Assembly: GCA_016201275.1 (NCBI GenBank)
Contig: JACQDB010000030.1
Span: 65,864-129,863, forward strand
DNA: 64,000 nt
From: Acidobacteriota bacterium
Lineage (GTDB): Bacteria > Acidobacteriota > Blastocatellia > UBA7656
Reading direction: 5' to 3'
This document shows, piece by piece, positions 42,084 to 52,641 of this stretch. A program made the translations under genes and the position numbers. Every line of letters begins with the position of its first letter. The first letter of the stretch is position 1. The notes under the pieces are model-generated. The model was not told the origin of the DNA. It made no database searches and worked only from the letters and a program-made list of their open reading frames with translations.

Positions 42084-43108
42084 CAGCCTACATCCAGGAA
42101 TTTTTTGTACCACTTAATGGTCTGCTGCAAACCTTGATCGAGGGTAAACAGCGGTTGCCAGCCCAAGTCACGACGCGCCTTTTCAGCACTCAAATACTGA
42201 TGACGAATCTCATGGCTCGCTTCGTTGCGGATGTCCGGCGCGAAATCACAAGCCATCTGCGCTAAAATTTGATTTACCAAATCCAGCACCGTCACCTCAA
42301 TTTCATTGGAAAAATTGAAGGCTTGCCCGCGCCAATCAGGATTTTCAGCAAGCTTTTCTGCCAACAAAGTATAAGCCGCTGCGCCATCTTCGACATAAAA
42401 ATAATCGCGCACATAATTGCCATCCGAACGAATGATTGGTCGTTGTCCGCGCAACACCGAGCGTATGGTTCCCGGGATGATGCGGTTCCAATTCAAATCG
42501 CCGCCGCCATAAAAATTGCCGCAGCGCGTAATCGCCACTGGCAAACCGTAGGTCTTTGTATAGGTCTGGGCTATCAAATCCGCACAAGACTTGCTGACAT
42601 CGTATGGATGGCTGCCTTGCAGCGGCGTCTCTTCATTGTATGGCAAGCTCTCGTGTTCCCCATATGCTTTATCTGATGAAGCAAGCACAATCTGTTTTAC
42701 CGCAGGGCTTCTTCGGCAGGCTTCAAGCAATGCCCAAGTACCGGCGATGTTGGTTTCAAAGGTCGAGATCGGATTGCGGTTGGCTATGCCAACAATGGTC
42801 TGCGCCGCTAAATGAATAACCGTGTCTATTTCGTATTCGCCAAGCGCGCGCTCTAGCAAGCTCTGGTCGCGCACATCGCCGCGTACAACTTTGACTTGCT
42901 CAATAAGCCGACTGCTAGTGAGTTCGCTTTGCGGAACCCAATCGCGAATCAAGCAAACGACATCAGCGCCCAACGCCAACAACCGCCGCGCTAAAGAACT
43001 GCCCACCAATCCCGTAGCGCCGGTGATCAAGGTCGGGCGGTCTTGCCAGAAGCGTTTTTTATTTTCGGTTATTCCCAGATTTTCCAAGGCGGGTTCCCAC
43101 TTTTCCAC
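42083..43108 (-). CDS. rfbG: CDP-glucose 4,6-dehydratase
   Basis: [25 protein letters not shown]..., and [10 protein letters not shown] (YxxxK). Overlaps rfbF by ~40 bp, so the true start may be a downstream non-ATG codon. Confidence 0.85.
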   Translation of the reverse strand: MEKWEPALENLGITENKKRFWQDRPTLITGATGLVGSSLARRLLALGADVVCLIRDWVPQSELTSSRLIEQVKVVRGDVRDQSLLERALGEYEIDTVIHLAAQTIVGIANRNPISTFETNIAGTWALLEACRRSPAVKQIVLASSDKAYGEHESLPYNEETPLQGSHPYDVSKSCADLIAQTYTKTYGLPVAITRCGNFYGGGDLNWNRIIPGTIRSVLRGQRPIIRSDGNYVRDYFYVEDGAAAYTLLAEKLAENPDWRGQAFNFSNEIEVTVLDLVNQILAQMACDFAPDIRNEASHEIRHQYLSAEKARRDLGWQPLFTLDQGLQQTIKWYKKFLDVG

Positions 43109-43839
43109 AAACTTTCAAGCAAGCGCAAATCCCTAAGCGTGTCCATGCATTGCCAGAAACCATCATGCCGATAGGCCGCCAACTGACCATCACTTGCGAG
43201 TTTTTCCAAGGCATCCGCTTCCAGGCTGCTGCTATCATCTTGCAAATATTCAAACACTCCAGGTTCACAAACCATAAAGCCGCCGTTGATCCAGCCTTCG
43301 CCAGCTTGCGGTTTTTCGGTGAACTTGGAAACCAGGTCGCCATCAAAAATGAGTCCACCAAATCGAGCCGGTGGACGCACAGCCGTTATGGTTACCAGAC
43401 GACCGTGGGAGCGGTGAAAAGTTAAGAGTTGACGAAGATTTATATCAGCGACTCCATCGCCATATGTAACCATGAAAGTGTCATCTTTTAAGTAGGATTC
43501 CAGACGCTTGATGCGACCTCCGGTCAGCGTCTCTTTGCCGGTCTCCATCAAATGAATCATCCAGTCTTCGCATTCTCTACTGCGTGTTTGAAAATCGCCG
43601 GTAGAAAAATTCATGGTAACGCTGCCGCTGAAGCTGTAATAATCCGAGAAGAATCGTTTAATAAATTCGCCTTTGTATCCTAGAGCAATAAAAAATTCTT
43701 TGAAGTCATAATGCCAATAGTGCTTCATGATATGCCATAGAATCGGATACTCGCCGATTTCCACCATAGGCTTGGGCTTCACTTCAGTCTCTTCGGCAAG
43801 GCGGCTTCCAAGTCCGCCTGCAAGGATCGCTACTTTCAC
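43069..43839 (-). CDS. rfbF: Glucose-1-phosphate cytidylyltransferase
   Basis: [41 protein letters not shown] is nearly invariant among RfbF orthologs. Confidence 0.9.
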   Translation of the reverse strand: MKVAILAGGLGSRLAEETEVKPKPMVEIGEYPILWHIMKHYWHYDFKEFFIALGYKGEFIKRFFSDYYSFSGSVTMNFSTGDFQTRSRECEDWMIHLMETGKETLTGGRIKRLESYLKDDTFMVTYGDGVADINLRQLLTFHRSHGRLVTITAVRPPARFGGLIFDGDLVSKFTEKPQAGEGWINGGFMVCEPGVFEYLQDDSSSLEADALEKLASDGQLAAYRHDGFWQCMDTLRDLRLLESLWKSGNPPWKIWE

Positions 43840-43860
43840 AAAGATGTCCTCGCTCGCTGT

Positions 43861-45141
43861 CTAGTTTTCTTTGACGTGGTACTCGGTGTGCCATTGCAAC
43901 ATCGGTCGCACGACGCCTGGCATATGTCCCGCATAATCGCCGCGTGAGGAATTGCCGTCAAGGCTGTCCACCACCTGAAAAGCCACCGCATCTTGCTCAT
44001 GAAAATGTATGGTCACCGGGTCCATGGTGCTGATGGCTGCGCCAACAATCATCGTGCCTTCAGAGAGAAAATTACCGGGAACCCAAACCGTGCTTTTATA
44101 TCGTCCGAGGGGACGCGGTGTGGTTCGCCAATGCTCATCGAGTTCTTGAGCGACAAAGGCGCAGACTCCTTCTTCAGTATAAAAATGGTAATTGGGTACC
44201 AAAATGTGATACGGATTCAGCACAGCGTATTCCATCTCCAAGCCAATTGGTTTTCTGATGTCAACGACATCCGTTAGCTGTCCATCCTCATCAACCACGC
44301 GGATAGCGTACAGGCGAACGATGTCATTACCCGGAGCCTTTTCTAAATCTTGCCACTCTCTTACAGCCGTTGTGCCAAGCCCTGAATTCAAATATGAACT
44401 GGCCACTTTGTGGGCGGTGCCATCAGCCAGCACTTGCCCATCGCCGAGCAAAATGGCGCGTTTGCACAGCCGCGTGATCGCCGACATATTATGTGAAACA
44501 AACAGCACGGTCCTGCCGTGTTCGCCGACATCGCGCATTTTTTCCAGGCATTTCTTTTGAAACCCAGCGTCACCGACGGCCAGCACTTCGTCAACAATCA
44601 ATATCTCCGGCTCCAGATGCGCCGCGACCGCAAACGCCAGACGCATATACATACCGCTGGAATAGTGCTTCACCGGCGTGTCTATGAATTTTTCGATCTC
44701 GGCAAAGGCCACTATCTCATCGAACTTGCGCTCAATCTCGGCGCGCTTCATGCCCAGAATCGCGCCGTTCAAATAAATATTCTCGCGTCCGCTCAACTCC
44801 GGGTGAAACCCCGTACCAACTTCCAGTAAACTGCCGACCCTGCCATATAGTTTAATGTTTCCGGTGGTCGGTTCAACGATGCGCGCCAGAATTTTCAACA
44901 AGGTTGATTTGCCTGCGCCGTTGCGTCCGATGATGCCCACGACTTCGCCGGGTTTTACTTCAAAGCCAACATCTTTCAAAGCCCATATGGTTTCAACCCC
45001 ATTTCCTTTTTTGCTCTGACTCTTGCTGAAAGGCGCACGGATACTTCTAACGATTGAATCGCGCAACGTCCCATAAGACGCATCGCGTGTGCCTAGGCGA
45101 TATTGCTTGCTGACATTTTCGACGGTGATGATGGATTGCAT
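43861..45141 (-). CDS. wzt: Polysaccharide ABC-transporter ATP-binding protein with C-terminal carbohydrate-binding domain
   Basis: Walker A GRNGAGKST, signature YSSGMYMRLAF, Walker B ILIVDE. A ~190-aa C-terminal extension follows, typical of Wzt proteins that recognise a modified chain terminus. Confidence 0.85.
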   Translation of the reverse strand: MQSIITVENVSKQYRLGTRDASYGTLRDSIVRSIRAPFSKSQSKKGNGVETIWALKDVGFEVKPGEVVGIIGRNGAGKSTLLKILARIVEPTTGNIKLYGRVGSLLEVGTGFHPELSGRENIYLNGAILGMKRAEIERKFDEIVAFAEIEKFIDTPVKHYSSGMYMRLAFAVAAHLEPEILIVDEVLAVGDAGFQKKCLEKMRDVGEHGRTVLFVSHNMSAITRLCKRAILLGDGQVLADGTAHKVASSYLNSGLGTTAVREWQDLEKAPGNDIVRLYAIRVVDEDGQLTDVVDIRKPIGLEMEYAVLNPYHILVPNYHFYTEEGVCAFVAQELDEHWRTTPRPLGRYKSTVWVPGNFLSEGTMIVGAAISTMDPVTIHFHEQDAVAFQVVDSLDGNSSRGDYAGHMPGVVRPMLQWHTEYHVKEN

Positions 45142-45142
45142 A

Positions 45143-46021
45143 TCAAACGAAATCGGCGAAGCTTTTTTCCATGCGCCGAAACACATAGGCGGAAGAGACG
45201 AGCAGGAGCACGGCTATGCCCACAGAGATATTGAAAGACAGCCAATCGAAGGGTCGGTTAAACAGAGCGGCGCGGCTGTTTTCCACTATGCCGGTCAAGG
45301 GATTCAGTTTCATCAACCATTGCCATTTTTCCGGTATCAAACTCGACGGATAATAAACCGGCGTGGCAAACATTCCGACCTGCACCAGAAACGGAATCAT
45401 CGCCGCTACGTCGCGGTATTTCACATTCAAAGCCGACAGCCACATCCCCACGCCCAATGCCAAAATGGTCATCAGCACAATCAGTACAGGAAACATCAGC
45501 AGGTGGACGCTTGCGCCGACGCCGTAATAGATCATCAAACCGATCAGCACGACCACAGAGACGGCATAATCCACCAACCCCGAAAGCACGGTGGCGCTCG
45601 GAATAATCAGGCGCGGAAAATAGACTTTGGTAATCAGGTTGGCACTGCCGACCAGACTGCTGCCGCTTTGCGTGATGGCTTTCGAGAAAAACATCCAGGG
45701 CAGCAACCCGGCAAAGACGAACAGCGCATAAGGCAGATTGTCCGAAGGCACGCGCACGATTTTGCCGAAGAAAATCGTGGTAATCACCATCGTCATCAAG
45801 GGCTGCAAGACCACCCAGACGACGCCCAATAGAGTTTGTTTGTAGCGCACTTTGACATCGCGCCAAGTCAGAAAATAGAGCAATTCACGATAGGCCCAGA
45901 TTTCCTTCAAGTTCAAAGCCAACCAGGTGCGACTGGCTTTGATCTCGACGACCGGCTCCGGCGGCAACACCTGTGGCACATCCGGCGACTTGCCGGGTTC
46001 AAGCTCTGCGAGGGTTTCCAT
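45143..46021 (-). CDS. wzm: Polysaccharide ABC-transporter permease (ABC-2 type)
   Basis: 292 aa, six TM helices, ABC-2 N-terminal signature RDVKVRYKQTLLGVVWVVLQP. Confidence 0.85.
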   Translation of the reverse strand: METLAELEPGKSPDVPQVLPPEPVVEIKASRTWLALNLKEIWAYRELLYFLTWRDVKVRYKQTLLGVVWVVLQPLMTMVITTIFFGKIVRVPSDNLPYALFVFAGLLPWMFFSKAITQSGSSLVGSANLITKVYFPRLIIPSATVLSGLVDYAVSVVVLIGLMIYYGVGASVHLLMFPVLIVLMTILALGVGMWLSALNVKYRDVAAMIPFLVQVGMFATPVYYPSSLIPEKWQWLMKLNPLTGIVENSRAALFNRPFDWLSFNISVGIAVLLLVSSAYVFRRMEKSFADFV

Positions 46022-46056
46022 AGTTTCTATCAGGGTCTTTGCTGATTCGAGGTGTT

Positions 46057-48462
46057 TCAGTCGCCGCTTGCTTCGTTGCGCTCCTGTCCGTAGCTTTCAT
46101 AGTAACGATAATGGTAATAATCGTCGTAGCCATTTTTACGGTAGTCCACGTTGTTTAGCACCACGCCGAAAATCTTGGCTCCTACGGCGGTCAACTCCTG
46201 GCGCGTGCGGCGCAGCACATCGCGTGTGGTCTTGCCCGCCTGCACCACCAGTATGACGCCATCGGTCATGGTGGATAAAATCACCGGGTCGGTGACGTGC
46301 ATCAAGGGCGGCGAGTCTATCAGAATATGATCGAAGCGTTCTGATAAAGTCCGCAGCATCTCTTTCATCTTGTCGGAACTGATCAACTCCGCAGGGTTGG
46401 GCGGAATCGGCCCGCAGGGCAGCAATGAAAGATTGGCTATCGGCAGTTTTTGAATCAGGCCGTCCAATTCCACATCCCGCGACAGGTACGTAGAGATGCC
46501 GCGTGAATGGTCAACGCCGAAGACTTTATGAGTAGAAGGCTTGCGAAGATCGCAATCAATAATCAACACCGAAGCGCCGAGTTGCGCCAGCGATACCGCC
46601 GTGTTGACGGTGGTGGTGGTTTTGCCTTCACCGGGTTGACCGCTGGTCACCAGCATAATCTTGGGCGGACCACCGGCGCTCGACAGCATCACCGAAGTTC
46701 GCAACACGCGATAGGCTTCGGCTACCGAGGAACGCGCTTCCAGTGCTGCCACTTGACCGGGCATGGTGAAGGTGTCGCTTTTGGCCACCGCCGTGCTGCT
46801 GCCGCTGCCTTTTTTCACCGCTGCCAGCTTACGCATATTGCGTCCAGCCATAGCCGGTATGGCGGCCAATGCCGGCAATTGCGCGAAGGTCGCCACGTCT
46901 TCAACGGTCTTGATGGTGTTGTCCAGATATTCCAGAAAAAACGCCAGCCCGATGCCACCGGCAAAACTCAGCAGCATCCAGGTGAAAATGGTCTTCAATC
47001 TATCGGGGCCAATCGGCGCGCCGGGCGCTTCGGCAGGTTCGGCCAACTGTAGATTGTTATTCTGCTCGACGCGCTGCAAATCCGCCTGACTGGTCTTGGT
47101 CAAAAATTCTTTGTACAAGGCGCGCTGAGTTTCGACCTCCTGCTTGAGCATCGTGTATTCAATCTCGGCGCGGTTCTGTTGCGTGGCTTCGCCTTTGCTC
47201 TGCTCCAAAATCGCCTTCAACTGTTTCTCTTCGCGCAGCGCCTTTTCATAATCGGCCTTCAATTTGGCTTCCAAAGTTCCGACATTAGCTTTGATTTGTT
47301 CTTCCACCGTGGCTATCTGCTCGGTGATTTCAATGATCTTGGGATGCTTGTCGCCATAGTTGACTTCGAGTTGTGATTTCTGCACCCGCAACTCGCGCAA
47401 CTTCTTCTGCAATTCGCCCATCTGGGTATCGGTAAATATTTCCGGCAGCGTCAAAATGTTGCCCTTCTTCACCTCTTCATAGAGCGATTGCTTGAGTATG
47501 CGTTCGCCTTCTATGCGTTGCACCTGCTCATAAAAATGTAGCAGTTTATCGGTGCCTACATTGCCCGAACCGTTCCCGGATCTGCCGACAAACGACATAT
47601 CGTGATCGCGCAGATAAGTCGCCTGCGCCTGTTCGGCCTGTTCAACTTTGGCTTTCAATTCGCGGGTCGTGCGGTCGAGCCATTCGCTGGTCTTGGTAAA
47701 ATTTTCCGTTTTGCTTTTGAAGTTCTGTACAATGAAATGCTGCGCCACGGTATTGGCCACCGCCGCTGCGGTCTCTGGGTCGGTGTGGGTAAACGACACC
47801 ATAATCAAACGCGCCGCCGGTAATTGCTCGACCCCCAGGCCGCTGCCTATGACGCCCGCATAGGGCGACCACTTGGCCTTTTCTTCCGGCGTCATCTCTT
47901 TATTCAAATCAGTCGCTGGAATGTCTTTGATAACCGCAGGCGCTTTCGGATCATTGGATAAACGGACGCGGTTAAAGACCGTCTGCACCGCTTCGGTAAT
48001 GGATTTGCGCGACGTGACTTCAAAGAATTTCGGGTTCTGATCGAGCCGCAGACTGGCCGCAACTTCCAACAGCAACGGGCGACTCTTAATCATGTACATA
48101 TAGGTGTTCATGGCGTCGGAGTCGTCGGTTTGAATGACAATGTTCTGCGCTTTCATGAGCGTTGCGGCGTCTTTGCGAACCTCTATGGAAGCCGTAGCCT
48201 TGTAGATGGATTTGGTGCGATAGACTTCAATCGTCGCCGCCGAGGTAACGATAAAGACGATGACCAGAATCAGCCATTTGCGTTTGAGTACGGTGCGCCA
48301 GATGGCGCGAAAGTTGATGCCGCCTTTATCCGGCGTCGGATAGCCATAGCCATACGAACTGCTGTCCGCCGGATAGCCCGGCAAGGTCGGATAGCCCGGA
48401 CGCACCAATGGATGTTCTTCTCTTGGGGTCATGCGCTCTAGTTCTACTCGTTTATCCTCCAC
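46057..48462 (-). CDS. wzc: Polysaccharide co-polymerase / BY-kinase (PCP-2a)
   Basis: Periplasmic coiled-coil region, Walker A GQPGEGKTTT, Walker B ILIDSPP, and a Tyr-rich tail YDDYYHYRYYESYG. Confidence 0.88.
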   Translation of the reverse strand: MEDKRVELERMTPREEHPLVRPGYPTLPGYPADSSSYGYGYPTPDKGGINFRAIWRTVLKRKWLILVIVFIVTSAATIEVYRTKSIYKATASIEVRKDAATLMKAQNIVIQTDDSDAMNTYMYMIKSRPLLLEVAASLRLDQNPKFFEVTSRKSITEAVQTVFNRVRLSNDPKAPAVIKDIPATDLNKEMTPEEKAKWSPYAGVIGSGLGVEQLPAARLIMVSFTHTDPETAAAVANTVAQHFIVQNFKSKTENFTKTSEWLDRTTRELKAKVEQAEQAQATYLRDHDMSFVGRSGNGSGNVGTDKLLHFYEQVQRIEGERILKQSLYEEVKKGNILTLPEIFTDTQMGELQKKLRELRVQKSQLEVNYGDKHPKIIEITEQIATVEEQIKANVGTLEAKLKADYEKALREEKQLKAILEQSKGEATQQNRAEIEYTMLKQEVETQRALYKEFLTKTSQADLQRVEQNNNLQLAEPAEAPGAPIGPDRLKTIFTWMLLSFAGGIGLAFFLEYLDNTIKTVEDVATFAQLPALAAIPAMAGRNMRKLAAVKKGSGSSTAVAKSDTFTMPGQVAALEARSSVAEAYRVLRTSVMLSSAGGPPKIMLVTSGQPGEGKTTTTVNTAVSLAQLGASVLIIDCDLRKPSTHKVFGVDHSRGISTYLSRDVELDGLIQKLPIANLSLLPCGPIPPNPAELISSDKMKEMLRTLSERFDHILIDSPPLMHVTDPVILSTMTDGVILVVQAGKTTRDVLRRTRQELTAVGAKIFGVVLNNVDYRKNGYDDYYHYRYYESYGQERNEASGD

Positions 48463-48539
48463 AGCCTCTTCTCCTATTTCTGCTATGCTGCATACGTTGA
48501 ACGCTTGCTGCTAACACATCAGCATCGTCAAGGTGCCAG

Positions 48540-49799
48540 CTACCGAATGATGCCGCGTTGAATGGTCGTCATGCCAAAGCCTTGCAGAATGGTGCCGCCA
48601 ATGCTCCGCATACGACTGCTGGGAACCACGACCAAATCATCTGCTTGTAACAATATGTCGGACTTCTTGCCGCTCATCACGGCGTCTATGTCCACAGTGA
48701 TTTCCAATTGTTTGCCGTCTTCGTTATTGCCGCGAAAGATCACGGCGCGGCTTCGCGCCGCTTTAAAGGTCGTGCCTTGCGCCAGCGTGATGGCTTGACG
48801 CAAAGTGGTGCCTTCTTTCAAAGGGAACGAACCGGGGGCATTGACTTCGCCACCGATAAAGAAGACATTGAGCGCTGGAATGTTCACCACATCGCCCGGC
48901 AACAAGGTGATGTTCTGACTGAAGCGGCCTCTTTCCAAGCCGTTGATGTTGGCTCGAATCATTTCGTAATCCTGATTGTCGGCGGCGACTTCCGTCGCCG
49001 CCGTGGTCGCAGGCGTAGTCGCCACCGGCATCGCTGCTTCAGCGGCGGTCGTCTGTTTGGCGCTGACCGCCTCCACGCTGGCAGCGTCCGTGGTCATTGG
49101 CGCACGTTGTTTGCGCCGTATGATAAAGGCGTTGGGGCCGTGATTTTCCATCATGCCTCCAGCCAACACAATCAAATCCAAAATCGTGACTTTGCCGCGA
49201 ATCTTATAGGCTCCGGCAGCGTGCACCGAGCCATGAATAAAAAAGGTGCGGCTGTTATATTCGGTGACGTTGACGCTGATGCGTGGGCGCTTCAAATAAT
49301 CGGCCTTGATGAGCGCCTCGCGGATGCTGGCCGCCAATTGGTCGGGAGTTTTATTGACTGCCAGCAATTTGCCTATGACCTGCATCTCGATGAACCCGGC
49401 AACGCTGACGGTATAGGATTGTGATAACTCCGGCGCGTCTTCGATCTTAACCGTCAAGACATCCGACGGGCCTATGTAATAATCATCCTGCGACACCACC
49501 CAGACATTGGACGCCGAGTTATTTCCCGGCGCAGCATTTTTGCCTCGGTTGTCATCCTGACTATTGGCCGACGCGGATTGCTGCTGCGGTTGTGACTGAG
49601 CGCTGGTGGACAAGCCTGCAAACATCAGCGCCAATAGCGCCATGCCCAAGATCGCGGCGACAACGCCGGTGGGTTTTCGGCTGCTGACAAAGCCGCGCCT
49701 TGTTGGCCTGCGGTTTTTATATCGCTTGATGAGGTTTGGTCTATCGCTAGGTTGTGTGGTCATACTGCCTCCAGAACGATCCGTTGATTGATGCACCAT
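48540..49799 (-). CDS. wza: Outer-membrane polysaccharide export protein (OPX)
   Basis: PES-motif region YYIGPSDVLTVKI and two SLBB-like repeats (VSVNVTEYNSRTFFIHGSVHAAGAY...). N-terminal signal/anchor. Confidence 0.8.
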   Translation of the reverse strand: MVHQSTDRSGGSMTTQPSDRPNLIKRYKNRRPTRRGFVSSRKPTGVVAAILGMALLALMFAGLSTSAQSQPQQQSASANSQDDNRGKNAAPGNNSASNVWVVSQDDYYIGPSDVLTVKIEDAPELSQSYTVSVAGFIEMQVIGKLLAVNKTPDQLAASIREALIKADYLKRPRISVNVTEYNSRTFFIHGSVHAAGAYKIRGKVTILDLIVLAGGMMENHGPNAFIIRRKQRAPMTTDAASVEAVSAKQTTAAEAAMPVATTPATTAATEVAADNQDYEMIRANINGLERGRFSQNITLLPGDVVNIPALNVFFIGGEVNAPGSFPLKEGTTLRQAITLAQGTTFKAARSRAVIFRGNNEDGKQLEITVDIDAVMSGKKSDILLQADDLVVVPSSRMRSIGGTILQGFGMTTIQRGIIR

Positions 49800-49817
49800 T
49801 CCGTACTTGACTTGCGG

Positions 49818-51239
49818 TCAACGGGTCTCCCGCATCAAGGCTTTGCCGACGCCTAGCGCGGCAAAGAGCGTCTGCCCTGCGCTGCTATTGGTTGACGTAT
49901 CTTCATAACGCCTGACCTGTTCTACGGTCTGTGATAACAGCGCCACAAGCAGGAAGAAGAGCAAAGTATTTGAGGGCAATTGGAGATTGAAATCAAATAG
50001 GCTATGCACCAGGATTGCAAATACTCCCGCGCCGCTGCCCAGCGTCAGAGCGGCCAGCAAAGGGTCTCGCGCTTTCAGACCGCGAAGCAATTCGCGAAAG
50101 ATGAGCGCCAAAAACCACAAAGCCAGCAAACCACCTGTCAACCCGGCGTCGGCCAGCACTTGTAAATAATCGTTATGTGCTTGCCCAACGATCAACGCCC
50201 CATCGCTGTGGCTGTATTGCGGATACGCAGTTGCAAATCCACCGAGGCCAACGCCCAGCACCGGATTGGCCTTTATCATAGCCCAGGTGTCTTTCCATAT
50301 CCAGCCTCTGCTGGTATAAAAAGTTTCCTCTTGATTGGTAGCGCCCAAGACCGCGCCGCCCGTCAAGCGTCCGACCAGGCGGTCTGGCCCAACCCACAAG
50401 ACGCCCAACCCAAGAGCCAAAAGAATCGCTACGCTCAAGGCCAGCCCTTTTATCCAAGTCACGGCACGCGGCTGCAACGTCAAAGGCGCGTGCCGCCGCG
50501 CTCGCCGCTTCATTCGCAACATGATTTTGCAAAACCCCATGAAGGCAATCGCCGCCGCCAGACTGACCATGCCGCCGCGTGATAACGAAGCGACCGCTGC
50601 TGTACTCATCACCAGCGCCGCGAAGCCGTAAAAGAGTCTGGCTTCCAACTTCCTGCCTTCCGCCCAGGCCAACGCCAGCGCCAACGGAATCAGCATCTCC
50701 ATGTAACCGGAAAAATGATTGTGGCTGACGAAGGGGCCAAAGGGCGATGCGCCATTGAGATTCGGTTTGAACCAATAAAATCGCCCGTTCCAAGTGAAAA
50801 ATTGCACCAGCGAGAACATCGCCAAGGCGACGCCATAACCGACCAGAAAATTCACCACGCCGTAAAGCCGGGTTCTGCTCACCAATAGATTGATCGCCAC
50901 CAATAGAAAGACGGTCAGACAAAACAGCATCAATACTGCCCGTCGCGTCGCCTCTACATTTCGCGATAGGCTGTGCATCTCGCCGACGCTATCACTGACC
51001 GCCAGCCCCTGCACCAAGCCGACCAACAGCAAGGCGAGGACCGGCAAAGCCAGCGGCGGCAATTTCAAGGTCAGACTTTTCTGCGCTATCAGTTTGGCGG
51101 CCAAACCCAACAGACTGAGAATGCCGAGCGCCTCAAAAACGGCTACCGACCAGGCTTCTACGACGCCCTGTGCCAGCGCCGAAAAGACCACCGCAAACAG
51201 TAAAATGACGAGTAAAGTTCTTTCAAAAAACGCTGTCAT
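49818..51239 (-). CDS. O-antigen ligase-family (Wzy_C domain) membrane protein
   Basis: 473 aa, about 12 TM helices. The periplasmic loop with ...HNHFSGYMEMLIPLALAL resembles the WaaL/Wzy_C catalytic loop. Confidence 0.6.
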   Translation of the reverse strand: MTAFFERTLLVILLFAVVFSALAQGVVEAWSVAVFEALGILSLLGLAAKLIAQKSLTLKLPPLALPVLALLLVGLVQGLAVSDSVGEMHSLSRNVEATRRAVLMLFCLTVFLLVAINLLVSRTRLYGVVNFLVGYGVALAMFSLVQFFTWNGRFYWFKPNLNGASPFGPFVSHNHFSGYMEMLIPLALALAWAEGRKLEARLFYGFAALVMSTAAVASLSRGGMVSLAAAIAFMGFCKIMLRMKRRARRHAPLTLQPRAVTWIKGLALSVAILLALGLGVLWVGPDRLVGRLTGGAVLGATNQEETFYTSRGWIWKDTWAMIKANPVLGVGLGGFATAYPQYSHSDGALIVGQAHNDYLQVLADAGLTGGLLALWFLALIFRELLRGLKARDPLLAALTLGSGAGVFAILVHSLFDFNLQLPSNTLLFFLLVALLSQTVEQVRRYEDTSTNSSAGQTLFAALGVGKALMRETR

Positions 51240-51696
51240 AATTTGGCGGTCGAACCGCGCCCATCCACCACGCCTCTAGCTCCGGACACACTGCGGCCAT
51301 GTCTTATTAAACCCGCAAGGGAAACCGCACCAGCGGCAAGTAAAATTTTCAAGCTGATCTGCAACATTGTTTCTCCCCACACTGATCATGCGCCTGCCCA
51401 TAGGTAACGGCACAGTAATCTATAAAAGGGCTAATCTGGTGAGGGAGAAGAGAGGGCTCTTGAACTGGTCTTCGGAAATTGCAAGCCTGCTATTTCGATC
51501 AACCGCATCATCTTGATTGTTTCAAAGATTCTCTGATCCTGCTTGAAAATCAAGGCTCTGCTATTTTCGTTTCTTTGAAAATCAAGTCTTTGGGCTGTAG
51601 AGACACATTCTATGTGCATGAAAAAGATGCGTCAAGCAAAGTGCCTACCGATACCTGATTTATTCGTTCTTTCAAGCGTCTCTGCGGCCTCTGGCA

Positions 51697-52395
51697 TCAT
51701 CTGGCTCCGAGGCTAACCAGTCGAGCGCGTCCCTGCGCCGTCAGATTGCGGAGCCGGGTCAAGGCCCCTATGCCGAATATGACCGGCGCTTCCGAGGCGG
51801 CGCTTTCCAAGCGTAAAAAGCCGGTCTGTTGTCTGCCGACTTGCAGCATACCGATTTTCAAACCACCGCGTGTCGTCAGAGAAAATTCCGTCGCCACATT
51901 TGACGCGCCGCTTTCTTCAGCGCCTTTACCATTGGCGGCTGGTGCTCCCGCAGGCGTTTCGCTATTGGCGTCAGCCGTTTTCACGAGGTGTTCCAGCGCG
52001 TTTTGCAGCGCCGCGACTTCATCGAAATCAACGAAGCGGATGGCCTCCGGTTGTCGCTCGCCGCCGCGATTCGACAGCCGTATAAAGCTTAGTCCATAGA
52101 CCTTCGCCGCTTCACCGAGCGCCGATAACACGATGGCTTCAATCTTGACTTCGGCTCCTTGCTGGCCGGGAAGACTGCCAATCGTTGTTGCCTCTTTGAT
52201 AATCAGAACATCTTTGCGTGCCAGAAATTTTTCCACTCTGGTGCCCGCTTCATCTTTCAACGTCGCCGTTGAATTTTCCGCAGCGCGTTTGGCGCGATCT
52301 TTTTCGGTGTCCTCTTTGAGAACCTGTCTGGCCGGAGCCAATGGCGCGCCCAGCAAAAACAACATAAGCAAAATGATCATTAAACGATAGAACAC
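51697..52395 (-). CDS. Hypothetical secreted protein (signal peptide)
   Basis: N-terminal MFYRLMIILLMLFLLGAPLAPA signal, Ala/Gly-rich middle region. No recognisable domain. Confidence 0.4.
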   Translation of the reverse strand: MFYRLMIILLMLFLLGAPLAPARQVLKEDTEKDRAKRAAENSTATLKDEAGTRVEKFLARKDVLIIKEATTIGSLPGQQGAEVKIEAIVLSALGEAAKVYGLSFIRLSNRGGERQPEAIRFVDFDEVAALQNALEHLVKTADANSETPAGAPAANGKGAEESGASNVATEFSLTTRGGLKIGMLQVGRQQTGFLRLESAASEAPVIFGIGALTRLRNLTAQGRARLVSLGAR

Positions 52396-52440
52396 TTTTT
52401 TCTCCGCAATATTTTGACTGACACTCTAATCATAAAAATT

Positions 52441-52571
52441 GGGGTAGTGGAGCAAGGAGGAGAGAGGGAGTTTGGCGTACCGCCTTCCGACGGGTTTATG
52501 GTTTGCGGCAGCCGCCGCCTGAAGGCGGTACGCCAAACTTTTCTTTTCTCTCCCGATTGACCCACTACCGT
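52441..52571. mobile_element. MITE-like palindromic repeat, family B, short copy (TIR GGTAGTGGAGCAAGGAGGAGAG...GTTTGGCGTACCGCC)
   Basis: Terminal inverted repeats read directly. Related to the longer element at 58474-58755. The spurious ORFs 52380-52733 and 58662-58898 share the peptide FRRRLPQxIxPSEGxTPNS. Confidence 0.5.
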
Positions 52572-52641
52572 ATGGGCGACCAGCGCAGGATCACTCGTAC
52601 CAGGTTGCACTTTATTTGCTCCACAATCATAAGGGAATTCT

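Noticed and set aside
51240-51696. ops/JUMPStart-like element (GGCGGTAGnnTG) expected upstream of long polysaccharide operons
   Set aside because: No match was seen on either strand in the 457-bp leader. Only short TGAAAATCAAG direct repeats were seen, so no call is made.
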